A stretch of DNA of 22,352 nt from Vicugna vicugna (GCA_013265495.1 MU058153.1:1924001-1946352), one strand, 5' to 3'. Counted from the first letter of the stretch, positions 1 to 11,512 are shown. Program-made: numbers and translations. Notes: a model not told the origin generated them from the letters alone.

Positions 1-500
1 GATGGAGCGAGAGGTAGGGTAGTGATGGAGGGGAAGGTGGGGCAAAATGGATCCTTTACAAGGAAGGGATCAAACTGAGACAGAGGCTGACATATAAGGA
101 AGTGTGAAGACTCAGTCCTGAAGAGGTCATGAGAAGAAGGGGGAAAATGGAATTCAAGTCACAGGGATGGACCTCAGATGGGAAAAGATAATCTACTGAA
201 ATCAACTAGGGAATTGGAGGAGTCAGGATTTTTAAAGGAGCTGTAAAATCCTGAAATACTTGCGGATTATGATACAACAAATAGACCAGAGGAAAATACA
301 GAAGAACTGATGGGTCATGTTGAGATCTGTGTTTGGTAATTATAAACCTAAAGTGGAACCAATCTACACTTTTGTAGGACTTTTTCCAATGGAGCAGAGT
401 TATTTTGGTTCTGACTATAATGGATGGAGAATGTAATAGATGGATTTATTTAGTTTGGGAGTTTTGCTGGATATGGAAAATAAAAAGAGAAACAGGTGTG
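1..500 (-). mobile_element. LINE-2 (L2) internal fragment, highly diverged
   Basis: Purine-rich segments resemble antisense L2 as I recall it, e.g. 'ggaattcaagtcacagggatggacctcagatggg' and 'aaagtggaaccaatctacacttttgtaggactttttcc...ggagttttgctgg'. Confidence 0.65.
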
Positions 501-1444
501 ATAAATTATGTTACTGACAAGTGTGAAATTGGAATGATGGACCATGGACTTTCTCCTGAATACAGAGGAAAATAGTGCTGTTTCAAATAAATGCTTCTAC
601 CTTTGTGCATGTTAAGTTTGTAAAGATATAGTAAATGTGGCCAAGTAAATACAGAAGTTCCATATTGAAAGAGAACAAAGAAAACTGGGGCAATCCACAC
701 CATTCTGTTTACCTAGAGGATCTACATTAAGTTGTTTCAAGGTTGCAATGGTTTATATATGCTTATATTATCTTTTATTTGCTATAATCCGCTCTGTATT
801 CACATTTTGAGATGGCCATTCATCAGACAGCACAGAGCCAAGTTGTCTGAACAATTTCTTTCAGACACTGTAGTGGCATCTTACAAGCATTAAACTTAAG
901 GATAAGACAAGACTGTGGAGATTATCTATTTCAGTCCCTTCAGTTTGGATGGTGTATTTGAAATTCAAAGATGGGACATGATAAAGGACAGAGTAGTTAG
1001 GAGAGACATAATTCAAGCTCACATCTCTTTCACCCCAATATTGTGAACTCCCCATAGTCTTAACTGTCAGTGACATTACAGATTAGTATATTGGCATTGC
1101 AGAAGATGATCCAGACAAAACATATCCAAAGAAAGTAATTTCTGATTAATTTTACAAGATAACTACCACTGTACTCCAAAGTGTATCAATCCCTAAATTA
1201 ATACCAGAGGTCTCTCTACAGCACTGTGGTATGCAATTAAAGAGAAACTCCCAAAAGGGTGGGGGTATATTGTAAATAGAGGATACAAAAAAAAAAGTAT
1301 TTGCTTTGGATGGCAGTAAACAGTAAACACCAAGTCTGTCTACTTTACTTCTGCTCCTATTCCAGATGTGAGAACACCTTTCCTAAACTTAAATTTTTCA
1401 CTAACATGTTCACTAAGCTTGTGTAATTAATTATAAGTTTTGTT

Positions 1445-1522
1445 TACTGAATTATCACAAGTGCCTACGATGGTTTCTGGCACATGGTAGGTATTCAGTA
1501 AATACTTGTTGAATAAATGAGT
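1445..1522 (+). mobile_element. L2 3'-terminal fragment
   Basis: 'ctggcacatggtaggtattcagtaaatacttgttgaataaatga' matches the characteristic L2 tail (cctggcacatagtaggcgctcaataaatatttgttgaatgaatga). Confidence 0.8.
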
Positions 1523-2397
1523 AAGACAGAAAAGATTAGACATTGAGAAAAATTTTTTAAAAACATGAAGCACAAGCAATTGTATATTGTCACAAACTTG
1601 TCTTCCTCATCATCAGCATTTACAGCCCCTAAAGAATCTCTTTATAACATTTTGTTGAAGATTTAAGCTGTAAGTAAGGGTTTTACATTAGAAATACTGC
1701 ATTTATGCCTCCTAGCTAAAAGAAAAATGTTTGAAGCAAAGATATGCAACGACCCTGCATATTGTAAGTGGATTTGACTTTCGTTTGCTGTTTGATCATA
1801 TATTACCCACTGGAAAGTGCTGTGTCATTACAAACTCACCCTCATATGCTAGGGATTACAATTGTTTCCAGAGGAGAAAGTCTAACAAAGTTCATAAAAA
1901 CAAATTCATTAAACGTTTGAAAAAGAAAATACCTAAAACGGTCACTCGTTGTTCAAATTTACAAAATCCCAAACCATCCCCAGAGGTGTCCTAGTTACAA
2001 CACTACTGGAACAGCATCAATACATCCCAGAGGTTGGTAGCAACTTGCGAATGGGAAATTGTGAAGCCAGAGGCAAACATCCATTTTAGATATTCTAATT
2101 CTTTACATATTTTTAACAAGCGATGCATAATAACACGGAAAAGGCATCTTTTCTTCAAAATTTAGTGAAGAAGTGAAACTGACAGACGTAGCAAAGGTTC
2201 TGGAGTTGAGTAGGCATTCAACCAGGTCATGTTCTCGTGATACACCAAAAATGGGTACTTGATTAAGAACGGCAGCCAAAGTAGTCGTCTAAGATAGCTC
2301 TTTGATTCAATGCAAAAAGACTTAGAATGTGACATTAGTGTCACCATCAGTTGAAAGGTTATTTGCAAGTAACAATGGCTAAAATAGCAAAATTAAT

Positions 2398-2705
2398 TGG
2401 TGTTTCCTCTGCCTAGAAAGCTCTTCCCTGAGACACAAAGAAAACAACTCTCTTCTTCCGTATCTTTTCTGAAATATCACCTTTTCAGTGAGGCCTTCCT
2501 AGTTCCCATATTTAAAAATTAAACCTACCAGAATCTTAGGATTTCCTATTTCGATCCTCTTTCTCTGAATTATGTTTCTCCTTGGTCCTAACTGCCATTT
2601 ACCACACTATGAATTTAAATTATGCATTTTATTTTTGTTCTCTTTTTTTGTCTGTTTTGTACAATGGTCTACCCGTTGTTAAGTGTTCAATAAATATTTA
2701 CTAAA
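2398..2705 (+). mobile_element. L2 3' region
   Basis: 'gtttcctctgcctagaaagctcttccc', 'tcaccttttcagtgaggccttcct' and terminal 'gttcaataaatattt' occur in L2 order. Confidence 0.75.
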
Positions 2706-2734
2706 GCAATTAATTATTTAATATTTTTCCTGAA

Positions 2735-2900
2735 ATTTATTTGATCTGATATGAATATTGTTGCATAAACTTTTTGTTGATTTTTAAATGGATCTTTGCT
2801 TCATATATAGTTTCTGACTTGCTTTAAACTTTATCACTAATTCAAATATGCATTCTCTAAATCAGATATAGATTTTTTTTCTCTTAGTTCAGTCAGATTT
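2735..2900 (-). mobile_element. Ancient L1 (L1M-type) fragment
   Basis: 'tctgatatgaatattgttgcataaacttttt...aatcagatatagatttttttt...ttcagtcaga' resembles the antisense 5' part of old L1 ORF2. Confidence 0.45.
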
Positions 2901-2904
2901 ATGA

Positions 2905-3035
2905 CATTTATTTGTTGAATATTTATCTTCCCTGGATATGGTAAGAAACTTTAAAGAGTTGGGTGATGTATATTGTGTTTGCTTTTGTTCAGTATCTCAT
3001 ATAGTTTCTGGCATATAATTGGAACTAAACATTTT
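2905..3035 (+). mobile_element. L2 3' fragment
   Basis: 'catatagtttctggcatataattggaactaaacattt' is a degenerate L2 tail. Confidence 0.45.
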
Positions 3036-3503
3036 TAAAAATAAAATTGGTAAGTGAATACATTTTTTTCAAAATATGGAGCTGGGTAACAAATTGCAAT
3101 GAAGGTTTATAAGCTGCAAATTCAAAATAACAGGAGCTGAATCTTTTCACAGCAAAACAAAATATTAAGTTTTCAAGTTTTCTTCATTTGTGTATACATG
3201 TATAAATATTTATAATTATAAAATACACAGTTGTGTATGTGTATATATAAAATCACTCAATTAGAGTGGAAACAAAATAAAAGTTGTAGCATTTTAGTGT
3301 CCAGGAAATACTGAGGAAATGTAAAATTTTCATATTAGTACATATATTTATCTGATATTACTCTAGCTATGAAGAATTAATGTTTGAAAATATCAAGGTT
3401 ATAAAGTTGAAACTCAATATATTTTTATTTAAGGTTTATTTCCTTTCTTTTATTTTATAAAACTTACAAATCAATTTTATATTTTTAATATAAATCCATT
3501 TTA

Positions 3504-3567
3504 TGACGCAGTTGACTATGTCACCATAGCAAATCAGTTAGCAATTCCGCCCCCCGCCACCGCCCCG
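3504..3567. promoter_or_regulatory. Candidate regulatory motif cluster (CRE-like, RFX X-box-like, GC boxes)
   Basis: TGACGCA 3504-3510, GTCACCATAGCAAA 3520-3533 and CCGCCCCCCGCCACCGCCCCG 3547-3567 lie in otherwise very AT-rich DNA. Confidence 0.3.
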
Positions 3568-5079
3568 AAGTAGGTAATGTTATTAAGTAAAAGTATGCTA
3601 GATGCTGGGCATTCACTAAAGCTTCTGTTGAAAAATAGCATGCTAATTTCTTATTAAAATTAAATTTTGCTAGCTTAAAAATACTGATGGCTAAATTTCT
3701 ACTGAATCATTTTTCACTTTTACCTGTTCTGCTTTAAATAAGCTTTCTACATGGGAAAAGGTTGCATACACTGATCACGATTCACATTTTGACAAACAGA
3801 ATTAAAGGGGGAAAGGACTCTGGGTATATGAGGCTTATTATAATACAAATCACCAAAAAAGGCCAATAAAACATAAGCAGCTAAAATCATGAAAAAAATC
3901 TCCTTTTATGAATCCTTGTGGCTTTACTACCGTGGTAGATAATCACCATGGTAAAAGCTTTGGAGACAGAATAAGGATAGAGTAAACCTTGGAAGATAAA
4001 TTAAGAAAGTAAAATCCCATTATTATGGATTATGCTACTCAGATTACCATGTCAGAAAGGCTGAATAAATTCAAGTCCCATCTTGCTAAGACTTAAAATA
4101 ATGATTTGCAAAACATCACACAATGCTGTTGAATCTTTAGGTTTCTTTAAAGGAAATTCTGATTTGAAAACTTATACATGTTTCTACATAAATAATAAAG
4201 ATGAAAACAATGCAAATCTTGTAGATTTTCTTTTTAAACCTCTGTTCTTGGCTTCTATAAATTTGGTTTTATATTCTTGGAGATTAAAACAATAAAGATC
4301 AAGATCTAAATAAAATAGCTGCAGATTTCCCCAGAAATGGAAACATCTTACTTTATTACTGTTCCTTTCTTTTATTTTCAGAATTTATAACAGTTGTTAT
4401 TTAGGTTAGGTGAAAGTGAAGTGAATCTTTAATTAAATGAGATAATGGACTATGCTGTGGGCTGATAATGCTTCCTCTTTAATTTAGGATCTACCTAGGG
4501 ATTAATCTACTTTCTCGGGGTGAGAAATACACAAACTCTCCAAAGCTTAGTGTGCCTGGTGTTCAAGGAAGCTGTCAGTACACTGATGCTCTTTTTGAGG
4601 ATGACAGAAGAAATATTTTCCAGAGGCAAATGTATTTTGTTTGGGGTTACAGGTGGAGAGCTCGGCCCTAAATTACAGAGCATTAAATTTTGAGGATCTG
4701 TCACTTCTATATTGCCAAAGCCTAAAGAATATTATCGGTACTTATTTCTAAAGAGAAAACTTTAGGCCACAATGTTGTTACATACTCTATATAGAGACAT
4801 AGGCAAGGGCCCATATTTGCAATTTCTTTCCTTTCTCTTGTCTCCTCTCACTCTTTCTTTGTTCCAATTATCTACTTACCCATCTTTATAGATTAAGCAA
4901 AGAAAACTCAGGAGGTTGTTGGTAGGAGATTTTCCTTGCTGTCCTTCCATATGCTCTTCAAAATAACACATACCCTCTCCCAGATTAATCCATCTTCCTT
5001 CAGGGGTTCCTTCTCTGCACCTTTCTAGTTTGGTCTGAGTGGCTTAGAGTATTGTGAAATCTATGCTACTTGTTATTTA

Positions 5080-5440
5080 ATGGAGAATCATGGAAGACTA
5101 ATATTTTACTACTGTGGAATATAATACAGCAGAGAAAAAGAATAAGGGAGAACTACATGCACAAGCATGGATGGAACTGGATGGAACTCTAAAGTACGAT
5201 TACATGCCAATATGTTTATTACAAAATATGTTCAGTTTTATATAATATATTAAACACCCACACACCTTAATACATCATGCCCTCCCCCAGTACAAAAACA
5301 CACATACGTCTAACTGGTACATATATGCATATAAACAGTAGAAAATGAACAGCAATTTGCTGGTGGTAGCAAGAGGAGAATTGTAGAGGAGCAGGATGCT
5401 GAAAGAGGACTTTGTTCCTATCTGTAAAGTTTTGATTACT
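5080..5440 (+). mobile_element. Ancient L1 (L1ME/L1MC-like) 3' end
   Basis: 'ctgtggaatataatacagcagagaaaaagaataagggagaactacatgcacaagcatggatg' resembles the ORF2-end/3' UTR of old L1s. It includes a 10-bp tandem duplication GGATGGAACT at 5169-5188. Confidence 0.6.
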
Positions 5441-6444
5441 GGTTGTTTAAAGCAGAATTGCATAATTTGCAAAATAAATGGAAGAAAGGTAGCAAGGGAT
5501 CAGGGAAGGGATAAAACGGAGAGAGCAGGTCATGATAGATCCTTTCAAAATATTGGGAAAAATACTATGATGCAACTATCTGGTGTATGTAATAGATACT
5601 CAATAAATTTCTGCTCAAATAATAAATGATAGTGTTAAGTGTCATTAACTGCAATTTAATTAGGCAGAATAATCTTATTAGGAAATTAACTCCCTCCTTT
5701 CTCTTCTGTAGGCTTCTTATAAATACTGAGATGCATGTTGCATCTATATTCAAAGAAGCTATATAAAGCTTTGGATCTTTGAGGGTTTTTTTTTTTTTTT
5801 TTTGGCTGAAAGCCTTTTGATTGTTAACTCCTATTAGGACCATAATGCCATTAAAATATTTTATGTCACCTTGTACTATCCTGAATTGACATTCATAGCT
5901 AATATAAACCACCCAGACATGTAAACAAAAGTCAATTCAAAATAATTGAGATAAATGGAGAACTAAAATAAATGTATTTATTACAAAGCAATATGTAATT
6001 TAATATTTGAATATTAAAAGACAGGGAAGGGCAAGGAACTAGGATACGTGGGTTTATTGAAAGGCAGCAGGGACAATACTGTTTCCATGAGTAGTAGGAA
6101 TCTAGTCCTGGCTCATATGGGGTATATATAAATGGTAAGATCTTTAAATAAAGGTATCTGTGTAAATGTTTGGGAACTTCATGCACAAATCTGGCACAGA
6201 TAGATAAATGCTGACCGTGCAGCAATTTGCTTTTGTGTGGATCTTGTGAACCTGGGAAGGATCCTGAGAATAGCAAATATAATGACTGAGGACCAGATCA
6301 GAGCAATTTCCCTAGACTGTGCAAACTCAAATTTTGTTTGCATCTTAAGAAAACAGATTCACCCTACTCTCCATCGTGCTCACAAAATGAAGCTTGAGTC
6401 AAGAATAATTTTATGTTAAAAAGCATTGAAATTAGTAACTTTCG

Positions 6445-6720
6445 GTTAGAGATGTTAGACTGAACACATGCATTTTAGCTCTACTCTCTTTGGAAATCCC
6501 ACAACCACAACAAAAAGCAATTTTAGAAACAAAGGAAAATAAAAGGAGAAAAGAGCAATATTTTATTTTTGATTTTAAAATAGTAAGACAAGTGTCAATT
6601 AACTTAACAAATCTAGTCCTAACCTAGATGTGGGGAAGCAACTAGAGGCAACTCTATTTGAATCAGAATTTTTGGAAATCTCAGAATCAGCAGTCCCACA
6701 GATATTTTTCTGGAAAGAAA
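6445..6720 (+). mobile_element. Possible ancient L1M/HAL1-type 5' fragment
   Basis: 'agatgttagactgaacacatgcattttagctctactctctttggaaatcccac' resembles old L1 5' ends as I recall them; weak match. Confidence 0.3.
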
Positions 6721-6777
6721 AATATTTCTGGAAATAAATATTGGACCAAAAAAGTAAGGCAATTGGTTCAACTTTAA

Positions 6778-7044
6778 GTATTAATCTGCTCAGGCTGCCA
6801 TAATAACATACCATAGACTGGGAAATAAAAGCAATCACAACTTATTTTATCTCAGTTCTGGAGACAGGAAGTTCAAGATCAAGGTGTCAGTAGGGTCAAT
6901 GTCTGGTGACAGCAATGTCCTTGGGTTGTAGACAGTTGCCTTCTCACTATGCCCTCAAAGACAGAAAGCAACACAGAGATGGAGAGAGAGAGACAGACAC
7001 AGAGACAGAGGAGGGGAGGGAGAGAGGAAGCAAAAGCTATCTGG
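6778..7044 (-). mobile_element. MaLR LTR fragment (MLT1A/B-like)
   Basis: 'gtattaatctgctcaggctgccataataacataccatagactggg...cagttctggagacaggaagttcaagatcaaggtgtcag' is the classic antisense MLT1 end, followed by the usual GA-rich tract (about 6985-7028). Confidence 0.85.
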
Positions 7045-7150
7045 AGAAATCTGGGAAGGACTTGAATGTATTGAAGAAAGATTTAAAAATTGAGCAGTGT
7101 TCAGAGATAAATTGGTGCTGTGTATATTTGAATCAAAATTGCTATTTTTA

Positions 7151-8171
7151 TAAAAATTGATACCACAGAAATCCAAAAACACAGAAGAGAATACTACGAA
7201 CAATTATATGCCAACAGATTGGACAACCCAGAAGAAATGGACAAGCTTCTAGAAACATAGAGCCTACCAAAACCAAATCAAGAAGAAAAAGATAATTTGA
7301 ACAGACTGATCCCTAGAAGTGAAATAGAATCAACAGTAAAAAAACCTCCCTGCAAATAAAAGTCCAGGAACAGATGGCTTCACTGGGGAATTCTCCTAAA
7401 CAGCAAGAAGAACTTATGCAGACCTTTCTCAAACTCTTCCAAAAGACTGGAGGAGAGAACACTCTCAAAGTCATTCTATTAAACCACCATTTCCCTGATA
7501 TCAAAACCAGACAAAGATAATACCAAAAATGAAACAATAGGCCAGTATCTTTGATGACTACTGGAGCAAATATTGTCAACGAAATATTAGCAAACAAAAT
7601 CCAACAACACATAAAAAAGATCATACACCATGATCAAGTTGGATTCATCCCAGGGTCATAAGGATAGTTCAACATACACAAATCAATCAATATGACACAC
7701 TACATTAACAAAGGAAAGACAAAAACCACATGATCACCTCAATAGATGCAGAAAGAGCTTTGATAAAATTCAACATCCATTCATAATAAAAACTCTTACC
7801 AAAGTGGGTATGGAGAGAACATATCTCAATAAAATCTATTTCTGACAAATCCATAGTCAGCACGATATGCAACGGTGAGACGCTGAAAGCCTTCCCACTA
7901 AAATCTGGAACAAGACGGGGATGCCCACTCGCACTACTTCTATTCAACATAGTATTGGAAGTTCTAGCCACAGCAGTCAGAGACGCCAAAGAAATAAAAG
8001 GTATCCAAATTGGAAGAAAAGAGGTAAAACTGTCATTATATACAGATGACATGATACTATATGTACGCAACCCTAAAGACACCACACAAAAACTAACAGA
8101 AGTGATAAACAAGATTAACATACAGAAATCTGTTACATTTCTTTATACTAACAATGAACTATCCAAAAGGG

Positions 8172-8215
<44 letters not shown>

Positions 8216-8229
8216 AAAAACCAAAAAAG

Positions 8230-8260
<31 letters not shown>

Positions 8261-9836
8261 ACACACAAAAAAAAACCAAAAAACAAAACAAAACAAAAAT
8301 CTCTTAAATTGCATTAAAAAATAAAACAATTAGGAATAACCCTAACCAAGGAGGTGAAAGACTTATATGCTGACTACTATATAATATTGATAAAGGAAAC
8401 TGAAGATGATTCAAAGCAATGGAAAGATATCCCATGCTTTTGGATTGGAAGAAATAGTATTGTTAAAATGGCCATACTAACTCAAGGCAATCTACAGATT
8501 TAATGTGATCCCTATCAAGTTACCCATGACATTTTTCACAGGACAAATAATACAAAAATTTATATGGAACCATAAAGGACCCAGGATTGCCAAAGCAATC
8601 CTTAGGAAAAAAAACAAAGCTGGAGGCATAACCCTCCCAGAGTTCAGACAATTCTGCAAAGCTAAGTAATCAAACAGCATGGTATTGGCACAAAAAGAGA
8701 CACATGTATCAATGTAACAGAATAGGGAGCCCAGAAATAAGCCTACCCATTTACAATTAATTAATCTTCCTCAAAGGAGGCAAGAATATACAATGGAGAA
8801 AAGACAGTGTCTTCAGCAAGTGATGTTGGGAAAGCTGGACAGCAGCATATAAATCAATAAAGTTAGAACACCCCCTCAACCAAACAAAAATAAACTCAAA
8901 ATGACTTAAAGACTTAAATATAAGACTTGACACCATAAAACTCCTAGAAGAGAACATAAGCAAAACATTTTCTGACATAAATCTTAGCAATGTTCTCCTA
9001 GAGCAGGCTCTCAAGGCAAGAGAAATAAAAGCAAAAATAAACAAATGGGACCTAATTAAGCTTGAAAGCTTTTGTACAGCAAAGGAAACCATAAACAAAA
9101 TGAAAAGACAACCTACAGACTCAGAGAAAATATTTGTAAATGATGCAACCAATCAGGGTTTAATTTCCAAAATATGCAAACAGCTCACACAACTCAATAA
9201 CATAAACAACCCAATCAAAAACTGGGCAGAAGACCTAAACAGATATTTCTCCAAAGAAGACATACAGATGGCCAACAGGCACATGAAGGATGCTCAACAT
9301 CACTAAGTGTTAAGAGAAATCTAAATCAAAAGTACAATCAGCTATCATCTCACAAAGGTCAGGATGGCCATCATTAAAAAGTCCACAAATAACAAATGCT
9401 GGAGAGGGTGTGGAGAGAAGGGAGCCCTCCTACACTGTTGGTGGGAATGTAAATTGATCCAGTTGCTATGGAAAACAGTATGGATGTCCTTTAAAAAACT
9501 AAAAACAGAGTTGCCACATGATCCAGCAATCCCACTCCTGGGTGTATAACCAGAGAAAACTCAATTCAAAAAAAAAAAAAGCACCCCAATATTCATAGCA
9601 GAATTATGTACAATAGCTGAGACATGGAAGGAAACTAAATGTCCATTTGACAGATGAATGGATAAAAAAAGTTGTAGTATATATACACAACGGACACTAT
9701 TCAGCCATAAAAAAAAAAAAGAATGAAATAATGCCACCTGCACCAACAAGCATGGGCCTAGAGATTATAACTATAAGTGAAGTCAGTCAGAAACAAAAAG
9801 ACAAATACGGCATGATATCACTTTCATGGGGATTCA
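7151..9836 (+). pseudogene. Disrupted L1 ORF2p remnant (RT and Cys-rich C-terminus; endonuclease missing)
   Basis: ORF 7955-8317 gives [33 protein letters not shown] (RT catalytic motif at 8039-8050). ORF 9364-9549 gives [20 protein letters not shown] (zinc knuckle). Multiple stops and frameshifts break the frame. Confidence 0.93.
8177..8299 (+). repeat. A-rich tract (A38, A30, then CAAAA-type units) inside L1 ORF2
   Basis: Directly visible: pure A at 8177-8214 and 8230-8259. Confidence 0.97.
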
Positions 9837-10055
9837 AAAATATGACACAAATGAAGCTATTTACAAAACAGAAACACTCACAGACAGAAAACAAACTTAT
9901 GGTTACCAAAGGGGAAGGGAGATTGATAAATTAGGAGTTTGGGATTAGCAGATACAAAGTACTATATCTAAAACGGACAAATGACAAGGTCTTAATTGTA
10001 CAGCACAAGGAACTATATCCTGTAATAAACCATAAGGAAAAGAAAATGAAAAAGA

Positions 10056-10059
10056 ATAC

Positions 10060-10090
<31 letters not shown>
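10056..10090. repeat. (TA)n microsatellite in L1 3' UTR
   Basis: Directly visible TA run with isolated C/G interruptions. Confidence 0.9.
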
Positions 10091-10309
10091 ATTGAATCAC
10101 TTTTCTGTACACCAGAAACTAACACAACATGTAAATTTCAATTATAGTAAATTTCAACTACATTTCAATCTAAAGAAAGACTGTTATTTTTAAATTATTT
10201 AATTCATCTATATATTTACCCATCAAATATGTACTGAATGCTCACTCTCTAGACTATGAGAAGTAGTTTTCAGAGGAGTTAAGCTATATTCAATTCTTAC
10301 TAAAAACTG

Positions 10310-10460
10310 TCTCAAAATTCTTCTAATTACTAGCTATATGATATGTGCCAATTACTTAAATTCTGAGTATCTTTTTAAAATTTAAGCAATGGGGTTCCTT
10401 CTCTTGGGCTATTATGAGTGTTAACTAGTTATTATGCAAACTGTATACAAAATTGCCAAA
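10310..10460 (+). mobile_element. MIR SINE fragment
   Basis: 'ttactagctatatgatatgtgccaattacttaaattctgagt...aatgggg...gggctattatgag' is a degenerate MIR core. Confidence 0.55.
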
Positions 10461-10814
10461 TAGATATTTGTTCTTTTCCTGTCTGCTTCTCATGGTTTAA
10501 ACTATGTATTTGTCACTTCTTTCTCTTGGATGTACATAGCATCCCTTGTGAATATATTTGTCTGTATTAAAGTATATCTTTTATTTCCCACTTATCTCCT
10601 ATATCATTCTTTATCACATACATCCAGATATTCATCCCATTTAAGGGTAATTTAATGGCTTCTGATTGCTTGTAACCATAAACATGGTAACTTTTAAATT
10701 ATGAAAAACTACTATCCAAAATGAAATATCACTGACATTAATGCATAGACTGATTTTTAAATGATAAATAATAAAGCATTTTTAAACATTTAAAGTGTAA
10801 TTTTATTTAAGATG

Positions 10815-10868
10815 CATACATTTTTATGCAAACTTTTTGGAACACATATTTCATATACAGTGTATCTG
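10815..10868. mobile_element. Possible Tigger-family (TcMar) terminal fragment, right-hand end
   Basis: 'tttatgcaaactttttggaacacatatttcatatacagtgtatctg' resembles the reverse complement of an old Tigger terminus. Confidence 0.3.
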
Positions 10869-11348
10869 CATATGAATTCAAAACTTAATCACAAATTCTA
10901 ATTGCTTATAAATGTATCATGAGAAGTTTATGAATTAAATAAAATGTAGAACATTTCTATTGAGCAGAAAAAGTCAACAGAATGTCTCTGTAAATGTCAG
11001 TTGGAAAATCAGTCTGATATAAAACAATATGGCTCCAGACAAAAATTTGTAATAAGATTAAAATCAAGGGTATAAGCCTTGAATTCATTAAACAATTCCT
11101 AGAAGTCTCAGGGTTTAGAAGGCTGGTTTAAAGAAATATTCATCTGATTAGATTCCAGGTCATATAATAAATGTGACCTATTTGGATTCTGCAATCATTA
11201 GCGTTCCAACTCTTCACTTGTCATGATATCATGACTTTCTTAGCATTTCTTTAGTGTCTCTAATCTTTTATACTTAAATTTGTGAACAAATATTGTGTTA
11301 CACCTTACTCTTCTAACAATGACTGATGGCATTCACAAAGACTTAATG

Positions 11349-11405
11349 CAGGTATGCCTTACTTTATGCAGAACTGGGTTTCTGACGAGCTGTACATAAA
11401 TCACA
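11349..11405. mobile_element. Possible Tigger-family terminal fragment, left-hand end
   Basis: 'caggtatgccttactttatgcag...gtttctga...ctgtacataaatc' resembles a CAGGTATACCTCGCTTTACGC-type terminus. Confidence 0.4.
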
Positions 11406-11512
11406 TCCTATTTGTTCACTGAACTGTAAAATAAATTCCAAGAGGCTTTATCATCATATGCAATTTATTCTCAGAGGGCTGTATTTCTTAAGACTTATTA
11501 TGGAGATCTTCT

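Larger units (their letters stand above)
7151..10176 (+). mobile_element. 5'-truncated LINE-1, cetartiodactyl-type 3' UTR, inactive
   Basis: Begins in ORF2 ('gataccacagaaatcc...caattatatgccaacagattggacaacccagaagaaatggacaag'), continues through RT and the C-terminal Cys-rich domain, and ends in a 3' UTR 'tatatataattgaatcacttttctgtacaccagaaactaacacaacatgtaaat'. Candidate TSD at 7135-7150 and 10177-10192. Confidence 0.97.

Noticed and set aside
1868..2073. CCAGAGG four times, including CATCC(C)CAGAGGT direct repeats at 1975-1987 and 2023-2034 with a 35-nt spacer (CRISPR-like look)
   Set aside because: Repeats are too short and irregular, the heptamer recurs elsewhere in the window, the context is eukaryotic and there are no cas genes.
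506..6419. Short ORFs of 60-115 aa in the left part of the window
   Set aside because: AT-biased composition, no domains and no coherent splice or codon signal.
7955..8317. 120-aa ORF with a poly-lysine tail as a novel protein
   Set aside because: An L1 RT fragment read into the A tract; TTG start and no promoter evidence.
7313..10125. Minus-strand hydrophobic ORFs of 62-138 aa
   Set aside because: Antisense shadows of A-rich L1 ORF2 and UTR sequence.
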